This document shows, piece after piece, positions 1 through 9,329 of a stretch of 64,000 bases of DNA (positions within the stretch are counted from its first letter, which is position 1; each line of letters starts with the position of its first letter). This stretch comes from Actinomycetota bacterium (lineage in GTDB: Bacteria > Actinomycetota > Geothermincolia > Fen-727 > Anoxymicrobiaceae): NCBI GenBank assembly GCA_018896525.1, contig JAHIMR010000040.1:11492-75491 (forward strand), in the 5' to 3' direction. Position numbers and translations under genes: made by a program. The notes beneath the pieces were generated by a model that worked only from the letters and a program-made list of their open reading frames with translations, had not been told where the DNA came from and did not search any database.

Positions 1-60
1 GCGGTGGAGGGGCTGACCCAACGTGGCGGCGGAGCGGCCGGACCGCGGGAGGACCCGCTC

Positions 61-91
61 CGGTGACACTCGCCGTCACCGTGCCTTTTCC
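61..91 (+). terminator. Stem-loop (CGGTGAC / GTCACCG, 7 bp) followed by TGCCTTTTCC, 70 nt upstream of leuS. It is a terminator, or a T-box-type attenuator whose 5' leader is cut off by the window edge.
   Basis: The inverted repeat and U-tract are read directly. Gram-positive aminoacyl-tRNA synthetase genes commonly carry T-box leaders that end in such a terminator, but no clean T-box consensus is visible in nt 1-60. Confidence 0.35.
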
Positions 92-163
92 ACTCACCGG
101 GAGCAGTGGAGGTAGAGGGCGTCAACTGTGATATTATCCTTTGCCATGTGGAGGTGAGCGGAT

Positions 164-2638
164 TTGACACCGGAGTACGATCACCGGGCGATAGAAGAGA
201 AGTGGATGGAGCGCTGGGAGGAAGAGGGTGCCTACCTGGCGGCCCCGGACCCCGACCGGCCCAAGAAGTACGTGCTGGTGATGTACCCGTACCCCAGCGG
301 GCCCGCCCACATGGGGCACGTGGCAAACTACTCACTGGGCGATGTACTGGTGAGATACTACCGGCGAATCGGGTTCAATGTGCTCAACCCGATGGGCTAC
401 GACGCGTTCGGACTGCCGGCCGAGAACGCGGCGATATCGGAGGGGTCGCATCCCGCGACCTGGACCCGAAACAATATCGAGCTTATCAGCCGTGACTTGA
501 AGAGACTGGGCTACGCCTATGACTGGTCCCGTGAGATATCCACCTGCGACCCCGAGTATTACCGCTGGACCCAGTGGTTTTTCCTCAAGATGTACCAGTT
601 GGGGCTTGCCTACAAGGGGGACGCGGAGGCCAACTGGTGCCCATCCTGCGGAACCGTACTGGCAAACGAGCAGGTGCTTTCCGACGGGTCGTGCGAGCGG
701 TGCGGGACCAACGTGGTTTCCAGGTGGTTGAACCAGTGGTTCTTCAAGATAACCCATTACGCCGACGCCCTGCTGGAGGACATGGAACTGCTGGAGGAGT
801 GGCCGGAGCGCGTTCTCACCATGCAGCGAAACTGGATAGGAAAGTCTCACGGGGCGGAGGTTGATTTCACGCTGGAATCAACCGGCGAAACAATACGTGT
901 CTACACCACCAGGCCCGACACCCTCTACGGCGTGACGTTCTTCCTGCTGGCCCCGGAGCATCCACTGGTAGACAAGCTGGCCGCGGGCGACGCCGAACTC
1001 GAGAGTGAGGTGGCGGAGTTCCGTGAGAGGGTGGGCGGTGTCTCATCTTTCGAGAGGACCGCTCTTGAAGCCGAGAAGGACGGGGTGTTCCTTGGGGATT
1101 ACGTAATAAACCCGGTCAATGGCGAGAGTGTCCCGGTCTATACCGCCAACTTCGTGCTCATCGAGTACGGCACCGGGGCGGTCATGGCCGTGCCCGCGCA
1201 CGACCAGCGTGACTTCGAGTTCGCCCGGAAGTTTGACATCCCCATCGAGGTCGTGATCCAGCCACCGGACGGCGATCTGAACTCCGAGGCGATGACCGAG
1301 GCGTACGAGGACCCCGGGACAATGGTTAACTCCGGAGAGTTCGATGGTTTGCCCAGCGTCCTGGGGATAGAAGATGTGTGCGATCTCCTGGAGTCCAACG
1401 GGTGGGGAGAAAGAGCGGTGAACTACCGCCTGCGTGACTGGTTGGTGTCGCGCCAGAGGTACTGGGGGGCGCCGATCCCAATAATCTACTGCGACTCCTG
1501 CGGGACGGTGCCGGTGCCCGAGGATGACCTCCCGGTCCTGCTGCCCGAGGACCTGGACGTCCGAAACGACGGAAGGTCACCCCTGCCCCTGGAGAAGTCG
1601 TTCTTTGAGGTGGCGTGCCCGCGCTGCGGGGAGGATGCCAGGCGCGAGACCGACACCATGGACACCTTCGTTGATTCGTCCTGGTATTACTTCCGGTTCG
1701 TAAGCCCCCAGGACAGGGAAGGACCGTTCGATACAGGTGACGCGGAGTACTGGATGCCCGTGGACCAGTATATCGGCGGTATTGAGCACGCGATACTGCA
1801 CCTGTTGTACTCGCGCTTCTTCACCAAGGTCATCTACGACCTCGGGCTCATCGATTTCAAGGAGCCGTTCTCCCGGCTTCTCTGTCAGGGAATGATAATC
1901 CTGGACGGCGCCAAGATGAGCAAGTCAAAGGGTAACGTGGTTACCCCCGGTGAGTACATCGACCGGCTGGGCGCCGACACCCTTCGGCTATACATCCTTT
2001 TCCTGGGGCCGCCGGAGCTGAGCAAAGAATGGAGTGACCAGGGGGTTGAGGGCGCGCGCAAGTTCCTGTCCAGGGTATGGAGGATGGTCCATGAGCGGTA
2101 CCTCACCCCGATGGAAAACGGAGAGTTCGGCCGCGGAGCCGATGAGCACCGGGGCCGAGCCATGCGGAGTATTACCCATTGCACGATAAAGAACGTGACC
2201 GCGGACATAGAGGAGTTTGCGTTCAACACCGCTGTGAGCTTCATCATGGAACTGGTAAACGGTGTCTACCGGTACACATCCGGTGGAGATGTGGACCGCG
2301 AGGTGCTGGTCGAGTCGGTTGAGGCGGTGGTCAACCTGCTGGCGCCGTTCACCCCGTTCATCTGCGAGGAGTTGTGGCAGGCAATGGGTAAGCAGGGGAG
2401 CGTACACCAGCAGCCATGGCCGTCGTTCGACGAGGAACTGGCCCGGCCCGAGAAGATAACGCTGGTGGTGCAGGTCAACGGTAGAGTAAGGGAACGGATC
2501 ATCGTTCCCTCCGACATCTCCGATGAAGAGATGAAGGCAATGGCGCTCGAGTGCGAGAATGCCCGCAAGTTCATCGGCGAGAAAGAGATCCGCAAAGTCA
2601 TCATCGTACCCGGCAAGCTCGTCAACATCGTCGTCTAA
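164..2638 (+). CDS. leuS: Leucyl-tRNA synthetase (class I).
   Basis: The 824-aa product has a PYPSGPAHMGH (HIGH-type) motif, a KMSKS motif and CP1 zinc cysteines (CPSCGT...CERCG). There is a TTG start with GGAGGTGA 6 nt upstream. Confidence 0.95.
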   Translation: MTPEYDHRAIEEKWMERWEEEGAYLAAPDPDRPKKYVLVMYPYPSGPAHMGHVANYSLGDVLVRYYRRIGFNVLNPMGYDAFGLPAENAAISEGSHPATWTRNNIELISRDLKRLGYAYDWSREISTCDPEYYRWTQWFFLKMYQLGLAYKGDAEANWCPSCGTVLANEQVLSDGSCERCGTNVVSRWLNQWFFKITHYADALLEDMELLEEWPERVLTMQRNWIGKSHGAEVDFTLESTGETIRVYTTRPDTLYGVTFFLLAPEHPLVDKLAAGDAELESEVAEFRERVGGVSSFERTALEAEKDGVFLGDYVINPVNGESVPVYTANFVLIEYGTGAVMAVPAHDQRDFEFARKFDIPIEVVIQPPDGDLNSEAMTEAYEDPGTMVNSGEFDGLPSVLGIEDVCDLLESNGWGERAVNYRLRDWLVSRQRYWGAPIPIIYCDSCGTVPVPEDDLPVLLPEDLDVRNDGRSPLPLEKSFFEVACPRCGEDARRETDTMDTFVDSSWYYFRFVSPQDREGPFDTGDAEYWMPVDQYIGGIEHAILHLLYSRFFTKVIYDLGLIDFKEPFSRLLCQGMIILDGAKMSKSKGNVVTPGEYIDRLGADTLRLYILFLGPPELSKEWSDQGVEGARKFLSRVWRMVHERYLTPMENGEFGRGADEHRGRAMRSITHCTIKNVTADIEEFAFNTAVSFIMELVNGVYRYTSGGDVDREVLVESVEAVVNLLAPFTPFICEELWQAMGKQGSVHQQPWPSFDEELARPEKITLVVQVNGRVRERIIVPSDISDEEMKAMALECENARKFIGEKEIRKVIIVPGKLVNIVV

Positions 2639-2719
2639 ACACGCAACATTGTACCCGGTACAAAACGCAACATTCCTGCCAATTCCTGGTAAAGCGCAAA
2701 AGGTGACAGGCACCACAGG

Positions 2720-2748
2720 TTGATGTGCTTGTACTGCTGTGATATTCT
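2720..2748 (+). promoter_or_regulatory. Sigma-70-like promoter, TTGATG-17 nt-TATTCT, ending 9 nt before the comEA ATG. This suggests a leaderless or near-leaderless comEA transcript.
   Basis: Hexamers and spacer are read directly. No Shine-Dalgarno sits between the -10 and the ATG at 2758. Confidence 0.4.
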
Positions 2749-2757
2749 GATTAAGCA

Positions 2758-3393
2758 ATGCAGGCAAAAGACAGGTTCAAGGAGAAGGTAAGCGAAACGG
2801 CAAAGGCCGTCGTTGAGGCCGCGCGGGAGCTTACCGGTTTTCAGACCACGGTGATATTGGTGCTTCTGCTGCTGCTTGCGGCAGGTGGTGTTGTATCATA
2901 CGTCCGGTCGCGGCCGAGGCCGGTGGAGGTCAGAGAGACCGACCCCGAAGAGAGTGAGTCGGAACGACTGCTGACGGTTCACGTGGCGGGAGCGGTGATG
3001 GCTCCCGGTCTATACCGCCTGAAGGAAGGGTCCAGGGTTTCAGACGCGCTGGCGGAGGCGGAGGGACCGGCGCCTGACGCTTTGCTGGATGATCTCAACC
3101 TCGCGGCCAGGGTCAAGGACGGAGAAAAGGTCATGGTGCCCCGGGCAGCGGGAACGGCCTCCGACGGTACTGCCCAGGCGCAGGAGGACACCGGCACACC
3201 GGTGACGATAAACATCAATACCGCCACCGCGGACCAGCTCGAGGAACTGCCGGGCATCGGGCCTTCGCTGGCACAGAGAATAGTCGATTATCGCCGCAAG
3301 AACGGCGCGTTCTCGTCGATAGACGAACTGGACAACGTCGAGGGGATAGGTTCAGGAAAGCTGGAGAGCATCCGGGACCTGGTTACGATCTAG
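2758..3393 (+). CDS. comEA: Competence protein ComEA (membrane anchor, SLBB domain, C-terminal helix-hairpin-helix DNA-binding domain).
   Basis: N-terminal TM segment VILVLLLLLAAGGVV. The C-terminus INTATADQLEELPGIGPSLAQRIVDYRRKNGAFSSIDELDNVEGIG is a canonical tandem HhH. Confidence 0.85.
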   Translation: MQAKDRFKEKVSETAKAVVEAARELTGFQTTVILVLLLLLAAGGVVSYVRSRPRPVEVRETDPEESESERLLTVHVAGAVMAPGLYRLKEGSRVSDALAEAEGPAPDALLDDLNLAARVKDGEKVMVPRAAGTASDGTAQAQEDTGTPVTININTATADQLEELPGIGPSLAQRIVDYRRKNGAFSSIDELDNVEGIGSGKLESIRDLVTI

Positions 3394-3395
3394 AT

Positions 3396-3518
3396 GCCCC
3401 GCTCCATAAATACGCTCTCGGTGCTCTACCGTATCCATGGAACGGGGCACTGGGTCGCGCGCCTTGCCGGAGCGGCGCCACGCTCTCGGTGCTTAACCGT
3501 ATCTATGGAACGAGGCAC
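3396..3518. repeat. MITE/REP-like palindromic element (family A). A short form with the left TIR joined directly to the right TIR, plus one extra right arm.
   Basis: TGCCCCGCTCCATAAATACG ... CGTATCCATGGAACGGGGCAC followed by ...CGTATCTATGGAACGAGGCAC. The same termini occur at 12 other loci. Confidence 0.9.
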
Positions 3519-3521
3519 TAA

Positions 3522-5810
3522 GTGCCACGAACTGAGTCGCGCTCCACACTGTACCTGACCTGCCTGGGCGCCGCCGTCGCGGGCATCCTTCTGGGCAGGT
3601 ACTCACCCCCGCTGGCCGTTATAGCATTTCTGGCGACGATTGCGGGAGTGGTTGGGGGTGCCTGTCTGGTGTTCCCGGGGGTCTGGAAGGCGGTAGTCAT
3701 TCCCAGTGCTTTCATGGCGCTGGGCATATTGCTCATGTTTCTCGTCGTCGCGGGCATCCGGGGTGGAATACTCCCCCGCCTTGCCTCTGAAGGCCCCACG
3801 ACGACCATAACCGGCAGGGTCGTGTCGGCCCCGGCATCGAGCGGCGGCGGCACATATTTCTTCGTGGAGACCACGGAGGTGCGTGCAGAGGGGCGTCGCT
3901 GGAGGACCAGTGAGAGGGTGCTGGTCCGCATCGACGGTGATGCTTGCGAAGACGCCGTTTTCTCCGGGGTCACGGTGGAGGTCAAAGGGCGAATGTACGA
4001 CAGTGACGCCACAGGCTGGCTCCTGGATAAGGGCGCCGCGACAGTCATCGAACCCGAACCCGGAGGCCTCAAACCGCTCGGGGGGGCGGATCCGGTATCC
4101 CGGCTGGTGCACACGGTACGTGAATGGATGACGGCATCGTATGGTCGCCTGTTCTCCAGGTGCGTGTCCGGCTTCGTCGAAGGTGTGACACTGGGCAGGA
4201 AAGATGACCTGGACCCGGGTATCTCGAGTGATCTTCGCGCCTGCGGGCTTTCTCATATCGTCGCGGTATCAGGGTTGCACGTGGCGGCGGTGGTGGCACT
4301 GGTCCTGGCGGCCGCGTCGGCGATAGGGACGGGAAAGCGAACACGGCTGATGATGGCCTGCGCGGCCGCGTTACTGGTGGTAGGAATGTCCGGCTTTCGG
4401 CCTTCCGCATTAAGGGCGTCGGTGATGGCCGGTCTGGGCTTCGGCGGTATGCTCCTCGGGAGGAAGAACGACCCGTTAAGCGGCCTCTGCCTGGCCGGGT
4501 TCCTGCTCCTGTTCGCCAACCCGAGGGCGCTGTTCGACCCGGGATTCGGGTTCTCGTTTGCCGCCACCGGGGGAATCGTGGTTGTAATCCGCGGCTGTGA
4601 ACGAGAAGGACGCTGGAGGATGCTTGCTGTGGCGTGCGCCGGTGCACAACTGGGGATAATCCCGATGATGCTGGCGAGGGGTGAAGGCGTGCCGGTGACG
4701 GCCATTGCGGCGAACCTTGCGGTACTCCCCCTTGTAGGTCCTCTACTGGTGACAACATGGGGCTCCTGCCTGCTCGGGGCGCTGTCGCCAACGGCCGGCA
4801 AGTTGCTGGCGATTGTGCCCGAGGCGCTGTCACGCCTGATTATTTCTATTGCCGGGTTTCTGTCGGACGTTCCCGGCACAGGGGTTGGCGGCGTCGTGTC
4901 CGTCGTGGCTCTTATCGTCTATATCTGGGGGCTGGTGGCGCTGGTGCTCAGGGCCAGGGAGCGCAGAAGTGTGTTCCGTCCCCTGGTGGCGGTAACCTGC
5001 TCGATCTTGATTGCTATGGCCCCGGTGTTCATCACCGTCACAGTACGGAGCCCGAACAGCATCATAATCATGGACGTCGGGCAGGGTGACGCGATACTGA
5101 TAAGGGACAGCTCAGGGGCGGTCGTGCTTATAGATGGAGGCCCGGATGAGCACCAGGTAGCCGCCAAGCTGAGGTCGCGGGGGGTGCGCAAGATAGACGT
5201 GGTGGTATCCAGCCATCCCCATGCCGATCACATCACCGGACTGGTGGAGGTCCTGGAGGAGTTCCCGGTAGGGCTCCTGCTCGACTCGGGGATGCCTGCC
5301 GAGACATCCGCCTACCGGGAACTGCAGGAAGCCGCCCGGATGAACGGGGTGTCCCGACGGATAGCCCGTGAGGGCCAGGTGATCGAGGTCTCATCACGCC
5401 TGCGGCTCGAGGTCATCTTCGAGCCGGAGCTCTCGCCCGACAGGGAGAACCCTAACAACTGCTCGGTGGTGGTCATGGTTCACCTGGACGGCGCGAAAGC
5501 GCTTATGGCCGCGGACCTGGAGAAGGACGGCCAGCGCGTCATGCTGGGCTTCCACCCCGACCTGTCATGCGACATCCTTAAAGTTCCCCACCAGGGCGCC
5601 TGGGACGCGGCTCTGCCCGAACTGGTCCAATCCACCGACCCGGCGCTGGGCATAGTTTCGGTGGGGGAGGACAACACCTACGGCCACCCGTCAGAGCGGC
5701 ATCTGGAGATGCTGGAGGAGAGAGGCGTCAGGGTTCTGCGGACCGACCTGATGGGCGACATAGAGATATCAGTGGACAGTGGTAGAATCGGGGTGTCCAC
5801 AGGGAGGTGA
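3522..5810 (+). CDS. comEC: DNA internalisation competence protein ComEC/Rec2 (polytopic membrane domain plus C-terminal metallo-beta-lactamase domain).
   Basis: 762 aa with many TM helices, a competence domain and an MBL signature (VVSSHPHADHITG ... VPHQG). The GTG start lies inside the end of the upstream repeat, so the start codon is uncertain. Confidence 0.85.
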   Translation: MPRTESRSTLYLTCLGAAVAGILLGRYSPPLAVIAFLATIAGVVGGACLVFPGVWKAVVIPSAFMALGILLMFLVVAGIRGGILPRLASEGPTTTITGRVVSAPASSGGGTYFFVETTEVRAEGRRWRTSERVLVRIDGDACEDAVFSGVTVEVKGRMYDSDATGWLLDKGAATVIEPEPGGLKPLGGADPVSRLVHTVREWMTASYGRLFSRCVSGFVEGVTLGRKDDLDPGISSDLRACGLSHIVAVSGLHVAAVVALVLAAASAIGTGKRTRLMMACAAALLVVGMSGFRPSALRASVMAGLGFGGMLLGRKNDPLSGLCLAGFLLLFANPRALFDPGFGFSFAATGGIVVVIRGCEREGRWRMLAVACAGAQLGIIPMMLARGEGVPVTAIAANLAVLPLVGPLLVTTWGSCLLGALSPTAGKLLAIVPEALSRLIISIAGFLSDVPGTGVGGVVSVVALIVYIWGLVALVLRARERRSVFRPLVAVTCSILIAMAPVFITVTVRSPNSIIIMDVGQGDAILIRDSSGAVVLIDGGPDEHQVAAKLRSRGVRKIDVVVSSHPHADHITGLVEVLEEFPVGLLLDSGMPAETSAYRELQEAARMNGVSRRIAREGQVIEVSSRLRLEVIFEPELSPDRENPNNCSVVVMVHLDGAKALMAADLEKDGQRVMLGFHPDLSCDILKVPHQGAWDAALPELVQSTDPALGIVSVGEDNTYGHPSERHLEMLEERGVRVLRTDLMGDIEISVDSGRIGVSTGR

Positions 5811-5813
5811 ACG

Positions 5814-6851
5814 ATGGCCGGAAAGCGTGTCGAGGGCATAGATGACCTGAAGAGCGTGTATTACATGCACGGCGACGAGGAACTTCTGATGAAGGAGTCG
5901 CTGGGGAGGCTTCGCAATCTATTCGCGGAGGAGGCGGACGCGGACTTCAACCTCGATATCTTGAACGCCGTGGAAGTCGGGGTCGAGCGGGTTATCGACT
6001 CCGCCCGGACGCTGCCCCTGATGGCGACGCGGCGACTGGTGATAGTGCGGAATGTGGACAAGCTGTCAAAGAAGGACCAGGAAAAACTGGTATCGTACCT
6101 GGACAGCCCCAACCCCGAGACCACGATGGTCCTTATCTCGCGCTTCCCGGAGCCCGGTGCGCCGAAAGACGCCAGGGCCAGGGGCGTCGAGAAATCCGCT
6201 CTTTTCAAGAAGGTAAAGGACACCGGCGAGGTCCTGAAGTTCTCGATGGGGAGGCAGGGGCGCCAGCGAAAGATCGCGGAATGGGTGGATGAGGAGTTCA
6301 GCAAGCGAGGCAAGCGGATAGAGAAGCCAGCGAGGGACCTTCTCCTGGAGATGGTCGGCAGGGAGCTTAGTGACCTGGAGGACGCGGTCGAGCGCATATG
6401 CCTGTTCGCGGCCGACGCAGACGTCATCAGCGCTGAAGTGGTGAGCAGGGTTGTTGTCCCCTCAGGGGAACAGGGAATATTCGAGCTCATCGATGCAGTG
6501 GCCGAACGGCGCAGGGATATCTCGCTGTACATGCTCAACAGGCTGATACGCCAGGGAGAAAGCCCCCAGAGGATATTCGGCCTGCTCCTGCGGCAGTTCC
6601 GCCTGATTGCCAGGGTCAAGGTGCTCGCCACCGAGCGTGACAGCGGGGCCATCGCTTCCGAACTGGGTATCCCGCCTTTCGTGGTGGGCAAGTGCATAAG
6701 GCAGTCCAAGAAGTTCTCGACCGATTCGCTCCGCAAACTGTTCTCCGAGTTCAAAACGGCCCAGTTGAACCTTTATTCCACCGGGTACCTGGAGGAAAAG
6801 GAGTACCGTACTGCGGTGCTGGAGAGTTTAATATTCAAGATAATCGGGTAG
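5814..6851 (+). CDS. holA: DNA polymerase III delta subunit.
   Basis: 345 aa with clamp-loader delta architecture. It sits directly after comEC, as in Firmicutes and Actinobacteria. RBS GGGAGGTGAACG precedes the ATG. Confidence 0.8.
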   Translation: MAGKRVEGIDDLKSVYYMHGDEELLMKESLGRLRNLFAEEADADFNLDILNAVEVGVERVIDSARTLPLMATRRLVIVRNVDKLSKKDQEKLVSYLDSPNPETTMVLISRFPEPGAPKDARARGVEKSALFKKVKDTGEVLKFSMGRQGRQRKIAEWVDEEFSKRGKRIEKPARDLLLEMVGRELSDLEDAVERICLFAADADVISAEVVSRVVVPSGEQGIFELIDAVAERRRDISLYMLNRLIRQGESPQRIFGLLLRQFRLIARVKVLATERDSGAIASELGIPPFVVGKCIRQSKKFSTDSLRKLFSEFKTAQLNLYSTGYLEEKEYRTAVLESLIFKIIG

Positions 6852-6860
6852 CCGACGGCG

Positions 6861-7124
6861 CTACTTCATATCGTTCAGAACATACGACATACGGGATTTC
6901 TTGTTGGCGGCCTTGTTCTTGTGGATGACTCCCTTGGAAGCGGCCTTGTCGAGTAAACGGGAGGCACTGGCGTATCTCTCTCGCGCTTCCTCGATATCTT
7001 CTGACTTTACGGCCTTTTCGAACCGATGGATACTGCTTTTCAAGGCGCTCCTAACCGACCGATTGCGCTTCCGTTGCTTCTCGGATATTCTCAATCTCTT
7101 TACCTGCGACTTGATCTGGGGCAT
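6861..7124 (-). CDS. rpsT: 30S ribosomal protein S20.
   Basis: The C-terminal 87 aa of the 309-aa ORF read MPQIKSQVKRLRISEKQRKRNRSVRSALKSSIHRFEKAVKSEDIEEARERYASASRLLDKAASKGVIHKNKAANKKSRMSYVLNDMK, a typical bS20. The ATG was verified at 7122-7124 on the - strand. The upstream part of that ORF is non-coding. Confidence 0.9.
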   Translation of the reverse strand: MPQIKSQVKRLRISEKQRKRNRSVRSALKSSIHRFEKAVKSEDIEEARERYASASRLLDKAASKGVIHKNKAANKKSRMSYVLNDMK

Positions 7125-7197
7125 TATCACTTCCTTTTCTTGAGGGATTCTAGCACAGCGGTTATTTGATGTCGAACCTATTTTGTTTGGCGTTGTC

Positions 7198-7378
7198 GTG
7201 TGTAAGACGGGGGACAGGCCCGCTGATGCATAACGAGCATCGCTTGAGTGGTATAAACAACGACACCAGCTTGGGCCAGTCCCCGTTTGATTGACGGGGG
7301 ACAGGCCCGCCGTTGCATTATGGAGAGCGGTTTGGGTGGAGAGACGAACGCAACACCTGAGCCAGGCACCGTTTGGGT
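7198..7378. repeat. Mosaic repeat family B, copy 4. It has a tandem duplication of GACGGGGGACAGGCCCGC-YGWTGCATWA modules, then a GTTGCATTATGGAGAGCGGTTTGGGTGGAG...AACGCAACACCTGAGCCAGGCACC module.
   Basis: Shares 20-60-nt blocks with 54146-54410, 58809-58990 and 59625-59830 (e.g. CGTTGCATTA-GGAGA-CGGTTTG-GTGGAG, AACGCAACACCTGAGCCAGGCACC, TTGGGCCAG-CCCCGTTTG). It lies in the divergent rpsT / lepA intergenic region. Confidence 0.8.
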
Positions 7379-7382
7379 GGCG

Positions 7383-9239
7383 ATGGGGAGCGGCGGTGTT
7401 CCATCTGCTATGATACTTAGCCGGGAGGTGTACGCACTGGATTCGAGGAATATCAGGAACTTCTGCATAATCGCGCATATCGATCACGGGAAATCTACGC
7501 TGGCGGACCGGCTGATGGAGCAAACAGGTGCTATAGAGCCGGGTAGCGAGAACCCCCAGTTCCTGGACCGGATGGAGCTGGAGAGGGAGCGGGGGATAAC
7601 CATCAAGGCCCAGGCGGTCAGGCTTTCCTACCGGCGAGGGGAGACCGACTACGAGCTCAACCTCATCGACACTCCCGGCCACGTTGACTTCACCTACGAG
7701 GTATCCAGGACGCTTGCCGCCTGCGAGGGAGCGATACTGCTGGTGGACGCGGCACAGGGGGTGGAGGCGCAGACTATTGGAAACCTGCATCTGGCCGTAG
7801 ACAACGACCTGGTTGTCGTACCGGTAGTCAACAAGATCGATCTGTCCACCGCTGAGCCGGAGCGAGTCCGAGACGAGGTCATCGAGATACTTGGGGTGAG
7901 CCCGGAAGAAGTGCTCTTCTGCTCGGCGAAGACGGGAGAGGGCATTCGCGAGATGCTGGAGGCGGTAGCAGACAGGATCCCGCCACCCACCGGCTCTCCG
8001 GATGATGTGCTGAGGGCGCTGGTGTTCGATTCGTCGTATGACCCCTACAGGGGTGTCGTTTCCTTCATTCGGGTAGTGTCGGGCGTACTGTCCATGGGGA
8101 TGGACGTGAAGATGATGGGGGAGGGGAGCAGGGTCCAGGTGGAATCTCTTGGCTACCTTACCCCGGAGATGTATCCCGCCGACACTCTGGAGGCGGGTGA
8201 GGTCGGATTCGTCGCGACCGGGACCAAGGACGTATACAGGCTGGGCGTGGGTGATACCCTGACTTCTTTCACCGGCGGCGCCGAGTCACCGTTGCCCGGG
8301 TACAAGAGGCCCAAGCCGGTAGTGTTCGCCGGACTCTACCCGGTTGACAACAATGACCATGAGCAGCTCCGCAACGCGCTTGCCAGGCTCAGACTGAACG
8401 ATTCCGCCATCGATTACGAGCCGGAGAGCTCTCAAGCGCTGGGGTTCGGCTTCAGGTGCGGCTTTCTCGGGTTGCTTCACATGGACATCGTAAGGGAGAG
8501 ACTGGAGCGAGAGTACGACCTCGACCTCATAGTGACCGCGCCTAATGTGGTGTACCGGGTGACCGATAAGAAGAGCGACGTCTTCATGGTCAACAACCCC
8601 TCGGAGATGCCTCCCGCCAACCAGGTGTCAAAGGTGGAGGAGCCATACGTGTCGCTCCTCATAATCACGCCGGGGGATATGGTGGGGCCGGTGATGGACC
8701 TGTGCCAGCGCAGGCGCTGCACCTACAAGGACATGGTCTATATCTCCAGCAACAGGGTTGAGCTCTCTTACCACATGCCCCTGGCGGAGATGGTGATCGG
8801 ATTCTACGACCAGCTCAAGAGTAGCTCCCGCGGCTATGCGTCACTTGACTACGAACTGGAGGAGTTTCGTGAAGGCCCGCTTGTGAAGCTCGAGATACTG
8901 GTGCACGGGGAGGTCGTTGACGCCTTCTCCAGCATCGTACCGAGAGAGAGCGCGCCGAGAAGAGGGCGAGAGCTCGCGAAAGTACTGAAGGAAAAGATTC
9001 CCAGGCAGCTGTTCGAGTTAGCCATACAAGCGTCGGTGGGGGGACGGATCGTCGCCAGGGAAACGGTTCCCGCCAGGAAGAAGGACGTGACCTCAAAATG
9101 TTACGGCGGAGACATAACCCGCAAGCGCAAGCTATGGGAAAAGCAAAAGGCGGGAAAGAAAAGGATGAAGATGGTCGGCAGGGTGGAGATACCTCAGGAA
9201 GCGTTCGTGGCGATGATCACCACCGAAGATGGTTCATAA
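7383..9239 (+). CDS. lepA: Elongation factor 4 (LepA).
   Basis: RNFCIIAHIDHGKSTLADRL (G1), DTPGHVDF (G3), NKIDL (G4) and a LepA-specific C-terminal domain. The start is ambiguous: ATG 7383 (after GGGTGG), ATG 7410, or the ORF-track TTG at 7287, which lies inside the repeat. Confidence 0.9.
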   Translation: MGSGGVPSAMILSREVYALDSRNIRNFCIIAHIDHGKSTLADRLMEQTGAIEPGSENPQFLDRMELERERGITIKAQAVRLSYRRGETDYELNLIDTPGHVDFTYEVSRTLAACEGAILLVDAAQGVEAQTIGNLHLAVDNDLVVVPVVNKIDLSTAEPERVRDEVIEILGVSPEEVLFCSAKTGEGIREMLEAVADRIPPPTGSPDDVLRALVFDSSYDPYRGVVSFIRVVSGVLSMGMDVKMMGEGSRVQVESLGYLTPEMYPADTLEAGEVGFVATGTKDVYRLGVGDTLTSFTGGAESPLPGYKRPKPVVFAGLYPVDNNDHEQLRNALARLRLNDSAIDYEPESSQALGFGFRCGFLGLLHMDIVRERLEREYDLDLIVTAPNVVYRVTDKKSDVFMVNNPSEMPPANQVSKVEEPYVSLLIITPGDMVGPVMDLCQRRRCTYKDMVYISSNRVELSYHMPLAEMVIGFYDQLKSSSRGYASLDYELEEFREGPLVKLEILVHGEVVDAFSSIVPRESAPRRGRELAKVLKEKIPRQLFELAIQASVGGRIVARETVPARKKDVTSKCYGGDITRKRKLWEKQKAGKKRMKMVGRVEIPQEAFVAMITTEDGS

Positions 9240-9277
9240 TAACGCTACCAGGGGCCGCAAGGCCGAAAGCGAGCTTG

Positions 9278-9304
9278 TTAGCACTCTTTGCGGGTGAGTG
9301 CTAA
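9278..9304 (+). promoter_or_regulatory. CIRCE operator (HrcA binding site), TTAGCACTC-N9-GAGTGCTAA, a perfect match to the consensus. It overlaps a TAAAAT -10-like hexamer.
   Basis: Read directly at 9278-9286 and 9296-9304, 26 nt upstream of the hrcA ATG. Confidence 0.9.
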
Positions 9305-9329
9305 AATTGAGGCGAGGAACAGGATTGAA

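Noticed and set aside
1-60. Possible T-box specifier/antiterminator sequence upstream of the leuS terminator hairpin.
   Set aside because: Only the terminator hairpin is clear. The conserved T-box motif (AGGGTGGNACCGCG) is not convincingly present in nt 1-60, and the window edge truncates the leader. I kept only a low-confidence terminator feature.
6861-7790. 309-aa - strand ORF spanning the rpsT-lepA intergenic region.
   Set aside because: Only the C-terminal 87 aa (bS20) are real. The upstream 220 aa run antisense through the family B repeat and the lepA 5' end, with high-GC low-complexity composition.
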